A DNA stretch of 64,000 nucleotides from a phage: NCBI GenBank assembly GCA_019326865.1, contig GCA_019326865.1_4101.1. One strand, given 5' to 3'. The number at the start of each line of letters is the position of its first letter. The first letter of the stretch is position 1. The position numbers were made by a program, and so were the translations under genes. The notes beneath the pieces were generated by a model. That model was given only the letters and a program-made list of their open reading frames with translations. It did no database searches and was not told where the DNA came from. Below, in pieces: positions 38,516 to 48,615 of this stretch.

Positions 38516-39052
38516 ATGAACAAGCTACAACAAATTCTAACACAAAATAAGCCTGTATATGAATATCGTGTCAAATTTGCATTTGAGCCTAGTGCTGAAC
38601 AATTGAGTAAAGTAACGCAACGTCTTGTTGATCGTTATGATGCTTTTGAAGTTGGGGCGTTAAAGAAAACAATTTTTATGGAAAAACCACTAGATTTTTA
38701 TGAACTTGATTGTGGTGAAATTTGGATGTTTGATTTTAAATGCAATCGTGGTGTACAGTCTAATGTACTAATGTATGAAATTGGAAATCTTCTATCTGTC
38801 ACCGAAGCACTTATTCGTGTTCGTAATAAAGATGAACCTCGTCAAATTGAAATGACTGATTTGGAAGATGATATTGATTTTGATGATATCGATGAACCAA
38901 TTATCGGGGTGGATTTTGGGAAACCAGAAGACAGTTATGATTTAGCAGGACAAGAACGTGCTGATACAGCAGTTTCTGATGCAATTGATGCATTTACAAA
39001 AGACAATAAATACTCTCAATATATGAGTGCTGGTTTTGGTAAAAAGGATTAA
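38516..39052 (+). CDS. hypothetical protein
   Basis: 178 aa ORF. Confidence 0.55.
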   Translation: MNKLQQILTQNKPVYEYRVKFAFEPSAEQLSKVTQRLVDRYDAFEVGALKKTIFMEKPLDFYELDCGEIWMFDFKCNRGVQSNVLMYEIGNLLSVTEALIRVRNKDEPRQIEMTDLEDDIDFDDIDEPIIGVDFGKPEDSYDLAGQERADTAVSDAIDAFTKDNKYSQYMSAGFGKKD

Positions 39053-39055
39053 CAC

Positions 39056-39607
39056 ATGAGTATACTTAATGAAATGTTAGACTATGATGACAAAGAGTTA
39101 AACGAGGCTCGCCCATATAGTCGTTCACAAAGTGCTATTGATAGTGCTAAAGGTAAAGTGAAAGGTTTTTTTGGTAGTGGGCAAATTGAACAAGGTGCAC
39201 AAGAAGTTGGTGCTGAAGCGAACAAGTTGTGGGCTGAGTTTAAACGATATGTAGGCCGCAAATATGGAAAAGCACAGCCAACAGTACCTTACGCTGATGT
39301 TGCACAGTTTTTTAAAGGGAACAATCTTGATATTAAATACTTGGGTAATAATACACGTCGTTCTTTTACACCAAAAGATGTAGGTACTGCTTTATTAAAC
39401 GCTGCTCGTGATCTAATGAATGACTATCGTGACCAACAAGGCGAGGAAGAACGTTCTGAACCACAACAGTCACAGCGTACTGCACCAGAACAGCAAGAAC
39501 AGCCAGCACAACAAGAACAACCAAAAGCACAAGGTTCCAGTATCCCTGATGCTCTACAAAAATTAAGTCCAGAGCAACGCGACCAACTGTTACGTATGCT
39601 TTCTTAA
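39056..39607 (+). CDS. hypothetical protein with Q/E-rich C-terminal segment
   Basis: 183 aa ORF. Confidence 0.55.
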   Translation: MSILNEMLDYDDKELNEARPYSRSQSAIDSAKGKVKGFFGSGQIEQGAQEVGAEANKLWAEFKRYVGRKYGKAQPTVPYADVAQFFKGNNLDIKYLGNNTRRSFTPKDVGTALLNAARDLMNDYRDQQGEEERSEPQQSQRTAPEQQEQPAQQEQPKAQGSSIPDALQKLSPEQRDQLLRMLS

Positions 39608-39620
39608 GGAGAATCAACGC

Positions 39621-41126
39621 ATGGATAATTTTTTCAGTACTGAAACTGTCACCGTTCCTAATGGTTATGTATATACGTCACATACTGGTGCAAAATATGT
39701 ATTTCTTGAAGGATTCTGGTTTAATGACAGCAACATGTTAATGGTAGACCCTAGAAAATACCCATCCATGTACGCAAGTGCTCGTCAACAAATTGTCGAG
39801 CATAATCTAGCCTCAAATGAATATAAGATTGGTAAAAAATATATTGTTGAAGGTAAAGAGTGTACATTTATTGGTGAAAACCGTTTCAAAACAAAAGATG
39901 GAATTCTGCTGTCTGAAAATGAAATCATCACAGAATTAATGGCAGATGATCATCGTGTATATAACGTTTCAAAAGAAACACTCCAAAAAGAATGGAATGC
40001 ATTAAAATTTTACATTCTTCCTCCCTATGCTGATGATATATCAATTCCAGCAGGTATGGAAATTAGTGGTTTTAAGTTTGTTCCAAAGAATCACCGTTTT
40101 GTCGATATGAAATCAGGCAGACCAGTTGATCCAGCAATGACCCGCAAGCTATCCGATGAAGGCATACGTATTGCTCGTCAGTTAGCTTCAAAAAACAAAC
40201 TAATTCCAATCAAATCAACTTTAGTTCAAGGTAATACACGTTGTGAGTGGAATGGTAAAGACTTTTGCGATAACGATGGTAATGTGGTAATTCCAGAACA
40301 AAATGCACATGCAATTATTAAGGCATATCAGCAATTTGTTAATGATAACCCAAGTGATTTTCCTACATTGACGGGCGAACAAGACCACAGTGAACAACGT
40401 TTTGGTTCAGGTGAAAAGCCACAACAATCAACACAACCTGTTAAACAGCCTGTATTTGCAACCAAAGAATCAATCAATGAAGCAGACGAAGAAATTGAAG
40501 AATTTGAAAGTATTACAGTACCTGATGGTTATAGAATGACTTCTTCTAAAGGAAAAACATACACTAAGAAAAACAACTTGTGGTATGATATTGACAGCAA
40601 AAAGCAACTTAACACTAGTGCTTCTAAAAGTGTTGAAAGAGCAGCCCAACGTGATATTTTCCGTCATAACAACTCTGGTGCTATGAAAATTGGAACAAAA
40701 GTTAAATCCAAACAAGGTAAAGAATATTCTTATGTTGGTGGTGACCGATTCATTAGTGCTGATGGTAAATTTATTCCGAAAGCAACCGCAGCTAAATTAC
40801 TTGCTAAGTACAATGACGAGAAAGAAGATGTAAAACCAGATAATTCTAGTACTGATCAAATTCAATCAAAAGAAGAACCTAGGAAAGAACCAGAATCTGA
40901 ACAAAAACCAGACGAAGTTTCTGGTTCAGAAACTAAATCTGAAACAATTGCTGGTGATGACGTACAATCATTAGCTTCTAAAATCAAAGAGTCACCTTAT
41001 GCTAAAAAAATCACAGTTCTTTTAACTCGTGGTGATGAGGTTTCTCTACTTGCTGCTGATATTCTACTTTCAGGCAAAAAGGATGAAACAGTGCAAATTT
41101 TAAAATCATTAAATAATAATGATTGA
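39621..41126 (+). CDS. hypothetical protein
   Basis: 501 aa ORF. Confidence 0.6.
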   Translation: MDNFFSTETVTVPNGYVYTSHTGAKYVFLEGFWFNDSNMLMVDPRKYPSMYASARQQIVEHNLASNEYKIGKKYIVEGKECTFIGENRFKTKDGILLSENEIITELMADDHRVYNVSKETLQKEWNALKFYILPPYADDISIPAGMEISGFKFVPKNHRFVDMKSGRPVDPAMTRKLSDEGIRIARQLASKNKLIPIKSTLVQGNTRCEWNGKDFCDNDGNVVIPEQNAHAIIKAYQQFVNDNPSDFPTLTGEQDHSEQRFGSGEKPQQSTQPVKQPVFATKESINEADEEIEEFESITVPDGYRMTSSKGKTYTKKNNLWYDIDSKKQLNTSASKSVERAAQRDIFRHNNSGAMKIGTKVKSKQGKEYSYVGGDRFISADGKFIPKATAAKLLAKYNDEKEDVKPDNSSTDQIQSKEEPRKEPESEQKPDEVSGSETKSETIAGDDVQSLASKIKESPYAKKITVLLTRGDEVSLLAADILLSGKKDETVQILKSLNNND

Positions 41127-41148
41127 TAACTAAAAGGATTTATTTAAA

Positions 41149-42129
41149 ATGGCTAAAAAAATTAATGAAGCACAAGTTAAAATCGATATCGCAGGTTTAG
41201 AATCTGATGATTTGGAAACACTATCCCGTATGTTAGCTCTTGCTGGTCAAGCTGAACGTCAAGACCCTGTGGTTGCTGCTCCAGTATCATCTATTGGGTC
41301 TATGGCTCCATCTCTACCACCTATTGCACCACTAGATCTTGATTCTATTAGTGCCGAAAAAGAAATTGGTGGAATTGAAACTTCAGTTGAAGATCCATTG
41401 GCAGCAGCAGTTGATGGTCTTTCCGCTGATGATGGTGATTTTGGTGCTGACACCGATGAAGTTGGTATTGATGCTGAATTTTCAGAACCAGGCGTAGAAG
41501 GTGAAGAAGATTTTTCTCTTGACCTTAGTGGTCAACCTCAACTAGAATCAGTTGAAGAAGACGACGATGAGGAAGAAGAAATCATCGAAGAAGAATTCGA
41601 TTTTAGTCGTATGCTATCTCTTGCTGGTATTAACGAAGAAGAAGACGACGATTTTTCCGTAGAGGGTAATACTGCTACTGATAGAGAAATGAAAGATACT
41701 CAATTTCTACCAGATCTAAGTATCTCTGAAGATGAAGAACCATCTGACAGTACTGATTATGGTCCATATAATACTGAAGTTGATGCAGTTCGTGATGGTC
41801 AACTTAAGACTAATGGTGTTGAAGGTGATCATTTTGTTGTAATTGCGAAAGGGAACCAGTTTTATTGGAGACGTGTTGTAGATGAAGATGTTGACAATCG
41901 TCCAGAACCAGAGTATTATGACAATGAAGGAAACGAAAATCGCGTTCATAAATTTGAACCAAAATCTCCAGGTACTGCATTAGGAGATAACCCACTCAAT
42001 GTTAATGAAAGTGAAGAAGATGATTCACCAGAAGGTAACACTGACTTGGAAGATGACTCTGATGAAGAAGTAGAAGATATTTTCGAAAGTCTCCAAGAAA
42101 AATATAAAAAATTTTTAGGAGACAAATAA
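41149..42129 (+). CDS. highly acidic protein
   Basis: 326 aa with long D/E runs such as SVEEDDDEEEEIIEEEFDF. Confidence 0.6.
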   Translation: MAKKINEAQVKIDIAGLESDDLETLSRMLALAGQAERQDPVVAAPVSSIGSMAPSLPPIAPLDLDSISAEKEIGGIETSVEDPLAAAVDGLSADDGDFGADTDEVGIDAEFSEPGVEGEEDFSLDLSGQPQLESVEEDDDEEEEIIEEEFDFSRMLSLAGINEEEDDDFSVEGNTATDREMKDTQFLPDLSISEDEEPSDSTDYGPYNTEVDAVRDGQLKTNGVEGDHFVVIAKGNQFYWRRVVDEDVDNRPEPEYYDNEGNENRVHKFEPKSPGTALGDNPLNVNESEEDDSPEGNTDLEDDSDEEVEDIFESLQEKYKKFLGDK

Positions 42130-42130
42130 T

Positions 42131-42526
42131 ATGCAATATAATTATCGTGAACTAGTTGAAGCGTTGGACGAAATCACCGGACGAGATGAAGAAGGAAGTT
42201 TTTCCGTTGAAGTTGATTCCGATGTTGTAGCAATTGATGTTCTTAAAGATATTACCAAATGTCTCGTTGATATTGTTGATAAGATTAAATCTGGTGAAGA
42301 TCAAAAAGAAATCGTTGATAAACTACAAAAAGCATGTGACATTTTGTCTGACATTCGATATAATGATGAAAGTACTGAAGTCGATGATGATGAAGTGATG
42401 GAAGCTATTGCTGGATGTTTTGGAACTGAAGGTATGGGTCCAACGATTGACAAAGATGGCGTACAGCACTATAATGAACCAGATGCACCATCTTATGCTG
42501 CACGCCAAGGTTATGTTGGAGACTAA
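42131..42526 (+). CDS. hypothetical acidic protein
   Basis: 131 aa ORF. Confidence 0.55.
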   Translation: MQYNYRELVEALDEITGRDEEGSFSVEVDSDVVAIDVLKDITKCLVDIVDKIKSGEDQKEIVDKLQKACDILSDIRYNDESTEVDDDEVMEAIAGCFGTEGMGPTIDKDGVQHYNEPDAPSYAARQGYVGD

Positions 42527-42531
42527 AATAT

Positions 42532-42912
42532 ATGTTTCCTGTACCATCACATAACAGTACTGAATATCAAAATGATGTACTTTCCAAAGTTAGGGAAGTA
42601 CATGAATCAGATTCAGAAATAACAGACCGTATGCTTCTGATGTCAATTTTTGAAAATTTCAGAACTGGCGGTGGTTTACGTCTTAGCAAGTTTGGGTATG
42701 GAATTTGTAAAGAAAATAATCTTTATGAATTTACAAAAATCCCCTTGCAAAGAGAATTTAAAAGTTCTATAATGTTTACATCACTTGACAGAATATGTAC
42801 TTCACCTTATTATGTTGAAGGTCAGTACATATATCTGACAGATGCAATGATAATAACTGAATTAACATTGTGTTGTGATGATTTTAAACAATTATTTTCT
42901 ATTCATATGTAA
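42532..42912 (+). CDS. hypothetical protein
   Basis: 126 aa ORF. Confidence 0.55.
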   Translation: MFPVPSHNSTEYQNDVLSKVREVHESDSEITDRMLLMSIFENFRTGGGLRLSKFGYGICKENNLYEFTKIPLQREFKSSIMFTSLDRICTSPYYVEGQYIYLTDAMIITELTLCCDDFKQLFSIHM

Positions 42913-42924
42913 GAAAAATAAATG

Positions 42925-42952
42925 TTGACAAGATAGAATGATGTGATATAAT
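42925..42952 (+). promoter_or_regulatory. sigma70-like promoter P1 (TTGACA, 16 nt, TGaTATAAT)
   Basis: consensus -35 and extended -10; duplicated about 100 bp downstream. Confidence 0.6.
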
Positions 42953-43027
42953 AAGCATCAGACATAAAGTTTTCAAGCGACACAAGATGTGAGTTTGAAA
43001 AAAATAAAAAAAAGTGATTGACAAGTT

Positions 43028-43055
43028 GAAACGATGTGATATAATGTTCACATCA
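43028..43055 (+). promoter_or_regulatory. sigma70-like promoter P2 (TTGACA, 16 nt, TGaTATAAT)
   Basis: near-identical copy of P1; A-tract immediately upstream. Confidence 0.6.
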
Positions 43056-43215
43056 AGGCAGCAAAGAGATTTACCTTTTTAAACACACGGATGATTCATG
43101 AAGTAATAAAGGAACTGATAAGTTAAATTATTTTAACACAGTTCCTTTACTTTTGCCCACGGATTGGCTATAATAGAAACTTAAACGATTTTATCCAACA
43201 AAAGGAAATATATAC

Positions 43216-44541
43216 ATGACTACTCAAAACGATATCCTGAATGTTAAACTGACTCCAAAGAAAGCTAAAGAAGCAATGGCACTAGCTGACATGATTCAAG
43301 ATAGCCTGATGATTTGGGGTAGCCCAGGTATCGGTAAGTCTGCAATTGCTCGTCAATACGCTGATGAAAATTACCCTCTGCGTAAAGATAACGAAGCTAA
43401 AATCGAGTTCATGAAACAACAAATTGAAGCTGACCCTGAAAATGCTGATCAGCTACGCCGTGAACTGGCTGCATTTGAAGCTAAACTAATCGACCAAGAT
43501 ACTAACTTCATCGATTTCCGTTTGTCTCAAATTGAACCAAGTGACCTCCGTGGTATCCCTGTACCAGAGAAGCTTTTCCGTAAAACTGACGGTTCTCTTC
43601 TCAAAGAATCTGAGCTTGCTGAAGCAAAAGATTATGTTGCTGAAACTGCTGTAGTTTGGGCTGCACCTAAAGTGCTGAAATTGCCAGAAGATTGGAAAGG
43701 GGTTATTCTGTTTGACGAAATTAACTCTGCAATGCCAATTGTTCAGGCAGCGTCTTATCAGCTAATCCTCGACCGTTGTGTTGGTGAGATGAAGCTACCT
43801 AAAACTGCACTGATTCTTGCAGCAGGTAACCGTGAAACTGATGGCGGTGTAACGTTCTCACTGGCTACACCACTACGTGACCGTATGACACACATTGAGA
43901 TGATTCCTTATCATCAAGATTGGATTAACGATTATGCAATTGGTAAACGTTTGAACCCAGCAACTGTTGCGTTCATCAACAACACAGGTTCTAAGTACTT
44001 TAACACTCTTAGCCCACAAGATCCTTCTCACAGTGGTGGTACTTCTCCACGTTCATGGGAAGCTGTAGCACGCTACGAAGATCTCAAGAAAACTAAGACA
44101 ATTGATAAAGAAGTGTTCCGTGCAATGATTGCTGGGCGTGTAGGTGAAGGTGTAGCAACTGAATACATTGAGTACGTTGATAACGTTGCTAAACTACCAG
44201 ATACTATGTCTATTCTGTCTGGTGAAATCAAAGATATCGATGCAACTCTTGATATTTCTGCGAATTATTTTATTACTTTGAACTTGGTTTATAAAATTAT
44301 CGACCTGTTCAATGAGAAGCAAGAACAACGTCTACCAGTGGAAGAATGGGGTAAACTGTGCAACAACTTCATTACCTTCCTTGACCATAACTTCTCTGCA
44401 ACTCAAGCAGAACTGGCAGTTCTGGCAATTCGCACCATTACGCTTCATAAGGTTGCGATTTCCATTAAAGATGTACCAGCGTTTAAAGATTTTATCGCTA
44501 AGTACTCTGAACTAGTTCGTAAAGCACGCTCTCTTGGGTAA
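43216..44541 (+). CDS. MoxR-like AAA+ ATPase
   Basis: Walker A GSPGIGKS, Walker B ILFDEINSA, single AAA module; 441 aa. Confidence 0.75.
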   Translation: MTTQNDILNVKLTPKKAKEAMALADMIQDSLMIWGSPGIGKSAIARQYADENYPLRKDNEAKIEFMKQQIEADPENADQLRRELAAFEAKLIDQDTNFIDFRLSQIEPSDLRGIPVPEKLFRKTDGSLLKESELAEAKDYVAETAVVWAAPKVLKLPEDWKGVILFDEINSAMPIVQAASYQLILDRCVGEMKLPKTALILAAGNRETDGGVTFSLATPLRDRMTHIEMIPYHQDWINDYAIGKRLNPATVAFINNTGSKYFNTLSPQDPSHSGGTSPRSWEAVARYEDLKKTKTIDKEVFRAMIAGRVGEGVATEYIEYVDNVAKLPDTMSILSGEIKDIDATLDISANYFITLNLVYKIIDLFNEKQEQRLPVEEWGKLCNNFITFLDHNFSATQAELAVLAIRTITLHKVAISIKDVPAFKDFIAKYSELVRKARSLG

Positions 44542-44562
44542 TTAACAAAGAGTGGTTGACAA

Positions 44563-44591
44563 GAAGGATACGATATAGTATCCTTCTTTTA
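44563..44591 (+). terminator. intrinsic terminator
   Basis: perfect 9-bp stem GAAGGATAC/GTATCCTTC, loop GATATA, T-run. Confidence 0.7.
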
Positions 44592-44615
44592 TCTTAACTA
44601 AACGAGGAAATATAC

Positions 44616-46040
44616 ATGTCGGATAACAAATCTTCATCTAAGTTTAATGAAGTATCACCAGAACTCCAAAAGGAATGTCAAGATCGATTGGTTCTGGCTC
44701 GTACATCTTTGATGTTAACTGCTCCGTTCTTTGGTGTTTTGGCTTCGCGTTTACGTCCTGTTCCTAATAATACATGGTGTCGTACACTAGCAGTTGATGG
44801 GAAACATTTATTCTACAATGTAGAATTTGTTATGGGCATCCAAGATCAATCTAAAAAGAAAGAGTACGAAGATGCTATTCGTGAAAAACATCCAGAGGTT
44901 ACTGATGAACAATTAAAAGAAATGACAGAAGGTCTGACAGATGAAAACCTCATTGCAGTGATTTGTCATGAAATTTTGCATTGTGCTTACGACCACTTCC
45001 TTCGTCGTGGAATGCGTGATCCACAACGATACAATCGTGCAGCAGATTATGCAATTAACCAAATTATTGTCCGTGAGAAAATTGGAAAAATCCAAAGCTC
45101 ATGGTTATATGATAAAAAATATGAAGGAATGACCGCTGAAGAGATTTATATTCTTCTGGAAGATGAAGAACAAAAAGAAGAAGGTGAAGGGAACGGTCAA
45201 CCACAAAGCGGTGGTGGTGAAGGTGAAGGTAAAAATCGCGGAACTTTTGGTGATATCAAAGATGGTAAGGGTAAACCAAAAGGTACAACAATTGACCAAC
45301 ATGACGTTCCACAAGAAGGCCAAGACGGTGGTTCAAGTGAACAGCAAAAACGCGATTATATGGATGATTTCAAAACAGCAATGATGAATGCTGCACGTGC
45401 TGGTGGCACACCAGCAGAAATCGCTCGTATGATTAATAACTTCAAAGAACCAAAGATTGATTGGCGTTCTAAACTTCAACGCACTCTTCGTAGCTGGTTG
45501 AAGTCTGATGCAACTTATCAAAATCCAGCACGTCGTTCATGGGGTGCAGGTTTTGGTTCTAATGGTTCATTTTATGGTAATCCAATTTATCCAGGGATGA
45601 AACCAGATGATGATATTGATATTGCAATTGCACTCGATGCTTCTGGTTCTATTTCCGAAGACATGCTTCGTGATTTTATTAGTGAAGTTCTTGGTATCAC
45701 TAAACAATTTAAACAGTTTAAAATTCGTATCATGACATTTGATACTGAAGTTTATACTGTAAAAGATTACAAAACTGGTGAAGAACGTAAGATTCTGGAA
45801 TATCCAGTAAAAGGTGGTGGTGGTACTGACTTTGAAGCAGTATGGGTTCATATGAAGAATGACAACTATAAGCCTAAACAGCTTGTAATGTTTACTGATG
45901 GTGAACCGTGGCAGTCATGGGGTGATCCTAACTACTGTAAAACACTGTTTGTGATTCACAGTAACCCAAATAAAGTTGCACCATTTGGTGAAACAGTACA
46001 CTACGAGTATGAAGCAGACAAAAAACGTCAACGTAGTTAA
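44616..46040 (+). CDS. VWA-domain protein with N-terminal HExxH metallopeptidase-like domain
   Basis: HEILH zinc-binding-type motif; MIDAS motif DASGS in IAIALDASGSISEDM; 474 aa. Confidence 0.7.
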   Translation: MSDNKSSSKFNEVSPELQKECQDRLVLARTSLMLTAPFFGVLASRLRPVPNNTWCRTLAVDGKHLFYNVEFVMGIQDQSKKKEYEDAIREKHPEVTDEQLKEMTEGLTDENLIAVICHEILHCAYDHFLRRGMRDPQRYNRAADYAINQIIVREKIGKIQSSWLYDKKYEGMTAEEIYILLEDEEQKEEGEGNGQPQSGGGEGEGKNRGTFGDIKDGKGKPKGTTIDQHDVPQEGQDGGSSEQQKRDYMDDFKTAMMNAARAGGTPAEIARMINNFKEPKIDWRSKLQRTLRSWLKSDATYQNPARRSWGAGFGSNGSFYGNPIYPGMKPDDDIDIAIALDASGSISEDMLRDFISEVLGITKQFKQFKIRIMTFDTEVYTVKDYKTGEERKILEYPVKGGGGTDFEAVWVHMKNDNYKPKQLVMFTDGEPWQSWGDPNYCKTLFVIHSNPNKVAPFGETVHYEYEADKKRQRS

Positions 46041-46052
46041 GTACTAAATAAT

Positions 46053-46084
46053 GAGAACGGAAATTTTCCGTTCTCTTCTTTTAT
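46053..46084 (+). terminator. intrinsic terminator
   Basis: stem GAGAACGG/CCGTTCTC, T-run. Confidence 0.7.
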
Positions 46085-46087
46085 AAG

Positions 46088-46116
46088 TGAGACAACTCAC
46101 AAAAATATGATATAAT
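46088..46116 (+). promoter_or_regulatory. extended -10 promoter (TGaTATAAT)
   Basis: exact 9-mer at 46108-46116, weak -35. Confidence 0.4.
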
Positions 46117-46151
46117 AGTTATTGTACCAATATACATGGAGAGTATTAAAA

Positions 46152-46397
46152 ATGGAACAAGAAAATAATCAAATTCAACTAACCCTTCTAGACCTAATCA
46201 ATGCAGCAAAAATCATGGAAGCTGCTGTTGCCCGAAATACATTTAAAGTTGAAGAACTCGTGGATGTTTCCCCAGTTGTCGCCAAATTTGTTTCTTTTGC
46301 AAATGAAGCACTTGAAGATATTAAAGCTCAAGAAGACGCTGCTAAAGAAGAATCTGAATCACAAGATATTAAAGCTCAAGAAGATAAAGGAGAATAA
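46152..46397 (+). CDS. hypothetical protein
   Basis: start moved to MEQENNQ with GGAGAG RBS. Confidence 0.55.
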   Translation: MEQENNQIQLTLLDLINAAKIMEAAVARNTFKVEELVDVSPVVAKFVSFANEALEDIKAQEDAAKEESESQDIKAQEDKGE

Positions 46398-46399
46398 TT

Positions 46400-47056
46400 A
46401 TGGCAGCTATTCGTCATGTTGGTGTAATGCGTAATACAGGTTCACGTGTTTTTGTTGTTTGGCGTTCACTACCAGATGATCCTGACCACTGCCTTATTGT
46501 TTATCGTGATTCCTTACCAGAAGCATATGTTCATGCAGTAACTGATATTGTGATGGGTCATGGTCAATCAAACATTGATTTGTGGGAAGTAATGCATAAA
46601 ATTGGTTACCTGGATGGTCGTAAAATGCTAGATGTACTACACAATATGCAACATTTACGTCGAGTTCGCACTTGTGATATTGATATGCATACTGGTGGTA
46701 ATAATAAAATTTCTCTTGATGTTCTAAACAAAGCATTAGATGAAAATCAAGCGAAAGTACAAGAAGATGGTAAAGTAAAAGACTTTAACCCATTTAACCC
46801 ACAAGAAGTAGACACAAAAGTGGAAGAAGCAACTATTGTTGAACAACTTATCTCTGACGCTAAAAAATATGAAAAACTTGCCCAAGAGCACTATGAACGT
46901 GCATACAATTTAGAGCCAAGTTTGCGTCCACAGACACAAGTTGTTGAGCAACCGAAAGACAGTAAGACCATTTATCTAGAAATTCCAGAAGGTATTTCAC
47001 AGACTAAAGCTATTGAGAAAGTAAAACAACTATTTGCAGAACGTAAAGCAAAATAA
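46400..47056 (+). CDS. hypothetical protein
   Basis: 218 aa ORF. Confidence 0.6.
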   Translation: MAAIRHVGVMRNTGSRVFVVWRSLPDDPDHCLIVYRDSLPEAYVHAVTDIVMGHGQSNIDLWEVMHKIGYLDGRKMLDVLHNMQHLRRVRTCDIDMHTGGNNKISLDVLNKALDENQAKVQEDGKVKDFNPFNPQEVDTKVEEATIVEQLISDAKKYEKLAQEHYERAYNLEPSLRPQTQVVEQPKDSKTIYLEIPEGISQTKAIEKVKQLFAERKAK

Positions 47057-47059
47057 AAT

Positions 47060-47653
47060 ATGACAAAGAATGAATTAGATGAAGCAATTAAAGGTTTATC
47101 TAATGTATGTTTTAGTGGCGGGGCAGCAGGTGCTGACCGCCTTTTTTCTATCTATGCAAAAAATAATGGATTTGAAGTTATTAATTTTTCATTCAAAGGT
47201 CATGTGCATAGTGTAGATGAAAGTACTATATTAGAAATACCACCCAATATTCTATCTGATATTTCTATATTAAATCAACTAAATATTGCATGTTACTCGT
47301 TACAGCGAAAAGTTCCAAAGCCTGGCTCCTATGTTTATAATTTACTTGCAAGGAATAGTTATCAGATACTTAATACAGAAAGAATATATTGTATTGCAAA
47401 TATCACATCACCAACTAAGGTAAGTGGTGGTACTGCATGGGCAGTACAGATGTATATGGATTCAGTTGAAAATCCTGAAATTTATTGTTATGATATGAAT
47501 TCACGTTCTGTGTTTTACTTCGACACAGTTCTGAAAGAGTTCAAACAATCATTAGTGGTTCCACCACCACATGGTAACTGGACTGGTATTGGTTCACGCA
47601 ATGCCACAGAAAAACATATGCAACATTTTATTACATTTTTCAAGGAAGTATAA
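47060..47653 (+). CDS. Rossmann-fold protein of SLOG/DprA-like type (tentative)
   Basis: FSGGAAGADRLF glycine-rich motif near the N-terminus and later VSGGTAWA. Confidence 0.35.
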   Translation: MTKNELDEAIKGLSNVCFSGGAAGADRLFSIYAKNNGFEVINFSFKGHVHSVDESTILEIPPNILSDISILNQLNIACYSLQRKVPKPGSYVYNLLARNSYQILNTERIYCIANITSPTKVSGGTAWAVQMYMDSVENPEIYCYDMNSRSVFYFDTVLKEFKQSLVVPPPHGNWTGIGSRNATEKHMQHFITFFKEV

Positions 47654-48582
47654 TGAAACAACTACAAGAACTATATCAAAAAATTCTAGATGAAGGCGTA
47701 GAAAGCGTTGACCGTACTGGTGTTGGAACAATTAAACTTATTGGTCAACAAATGCGTTTTGACCTTAAAGATGGTTTCCCAGCCGTGACGACAAAACGTC
47801 TAGCTTGGAAAGCAATGACTTCAGAATTACTATGGTTTATTGAAGGTTCCCATGATGAACGTCGCCTTTGTGAAATTTTGCATGGAACTCGTGATACAAA
47901 AAAGAAAACTATTTGGACAGATAATTATCTAAATCAAGGTGTTGCTCTTGGTTATACTGATGGTGAGTTGGGTCCAGTGTATGGTAAGCAATGGCGTGAA
48001 TGGGAAGATTATAAATTTAGTTCCAGAACTGAAGAAATTCAAGAATTAAAAGATAAAGGATACAAAGTTATCGATTATACTGGTTCACATGGTGTTGTTA
48101 TGAAACGTACAACTGACCAATTACAGGAACTAATCAAAGGTATAAAGTCCGATCCATATGGTCGTCGCCACATTCTAAGTGCATGGAACGTTGGTGAGCT
48201 TGATGATATGACGTTACCACCTTGTCATAGCTTTGTGCAATTTTGTGTAGTACAAGGGAAACTAAGCTGCATTCTACATCAACGCTCCGCTGATCTTTTT
48301 TTGGGAGTTCCATTTAATATCAGTAGTTACTCACTACTAACTCATATGATTGCACAAATTACTGGTTTAGATGTTGGTGAATTTATTTGGAATGGTGGTG
48401 ATTGTCACATTTATAAAAACCACGTTGAACAAGTAAAAGAACAACTACTGCGAGAACCCCGTGAATTACCTGAATTGTGGCTTGATCCTACAATTACTAA
48501 TATTGAAGATTTCACAATGGATTCTTTCAAATTAGTGAATTACAACCCAATGCCAACAATTAAAGCACCGATGGCTGTATAA
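47653..48582 (+). CDS. td: thymidylate synthase
   Basis: LPPCHSFVQFCVVQGKLSCILHQRSADLFLGVPFNISSYSLLTHMIAQ contains the catalytic Cys region and conserved ThyA blocks; ORF uninterrupted. Confidence 0.9.
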   Translation: MKQLQELYQKILDEGVESVDRTGVGTIKLIGQQMRFDLKDGFPAVTTKRLAWKAMTSELLWFIEGSHDERRLCEILHGTRDTKKKTIWTDNYLNQGVALGYTDGELGPVYGKQWREWEDYKFSSRTEEIQELKDKGYKVIDYTGSHGVVMKRTTDQLQELIKGIKSDPYGRRHILSAWNVGELDDMTLPPCHSFVQFCVVQGKLSCILHQRSADLFLGVPFNISSYSLLTHMIAQITGLDVGEFIWNGGDCHIYKNHVEQVKEQLLREPRELPELWLDPTITNIEDFTMDSFKLVNYNPMPTIKAPMAV

Positions 48583-48584
48583 AC

Positions 48585-48614
48585 GAAAAGGGAGAACATC
48601 AGTTCTCCCTTTTT
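48585..48614. terminator. bidirectional intrinsic terminator between td and the minus-strand fibre gene
   Basis: stem GGGAGAAC/GTTCTCCC flanked by an A-run upstream and T-run downstream. Confidence 0.75.
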
Positions 48615-48615
48615 A

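Noticed and set aside
43150-43180. Third promoter-like sequence TTGCCC...CTATAAT upstream of the MoxR gene
   Set aside because: Spacer of about 10 nt is too short for a sigma70 promoter; the -10-like hexamer alone is insufficient
47653-48582. Group I intron in thymidylate synthase, as in T4 td
   Set aside because: The ORF is continuous and full-length with all conserved ThyA blocks in one frame
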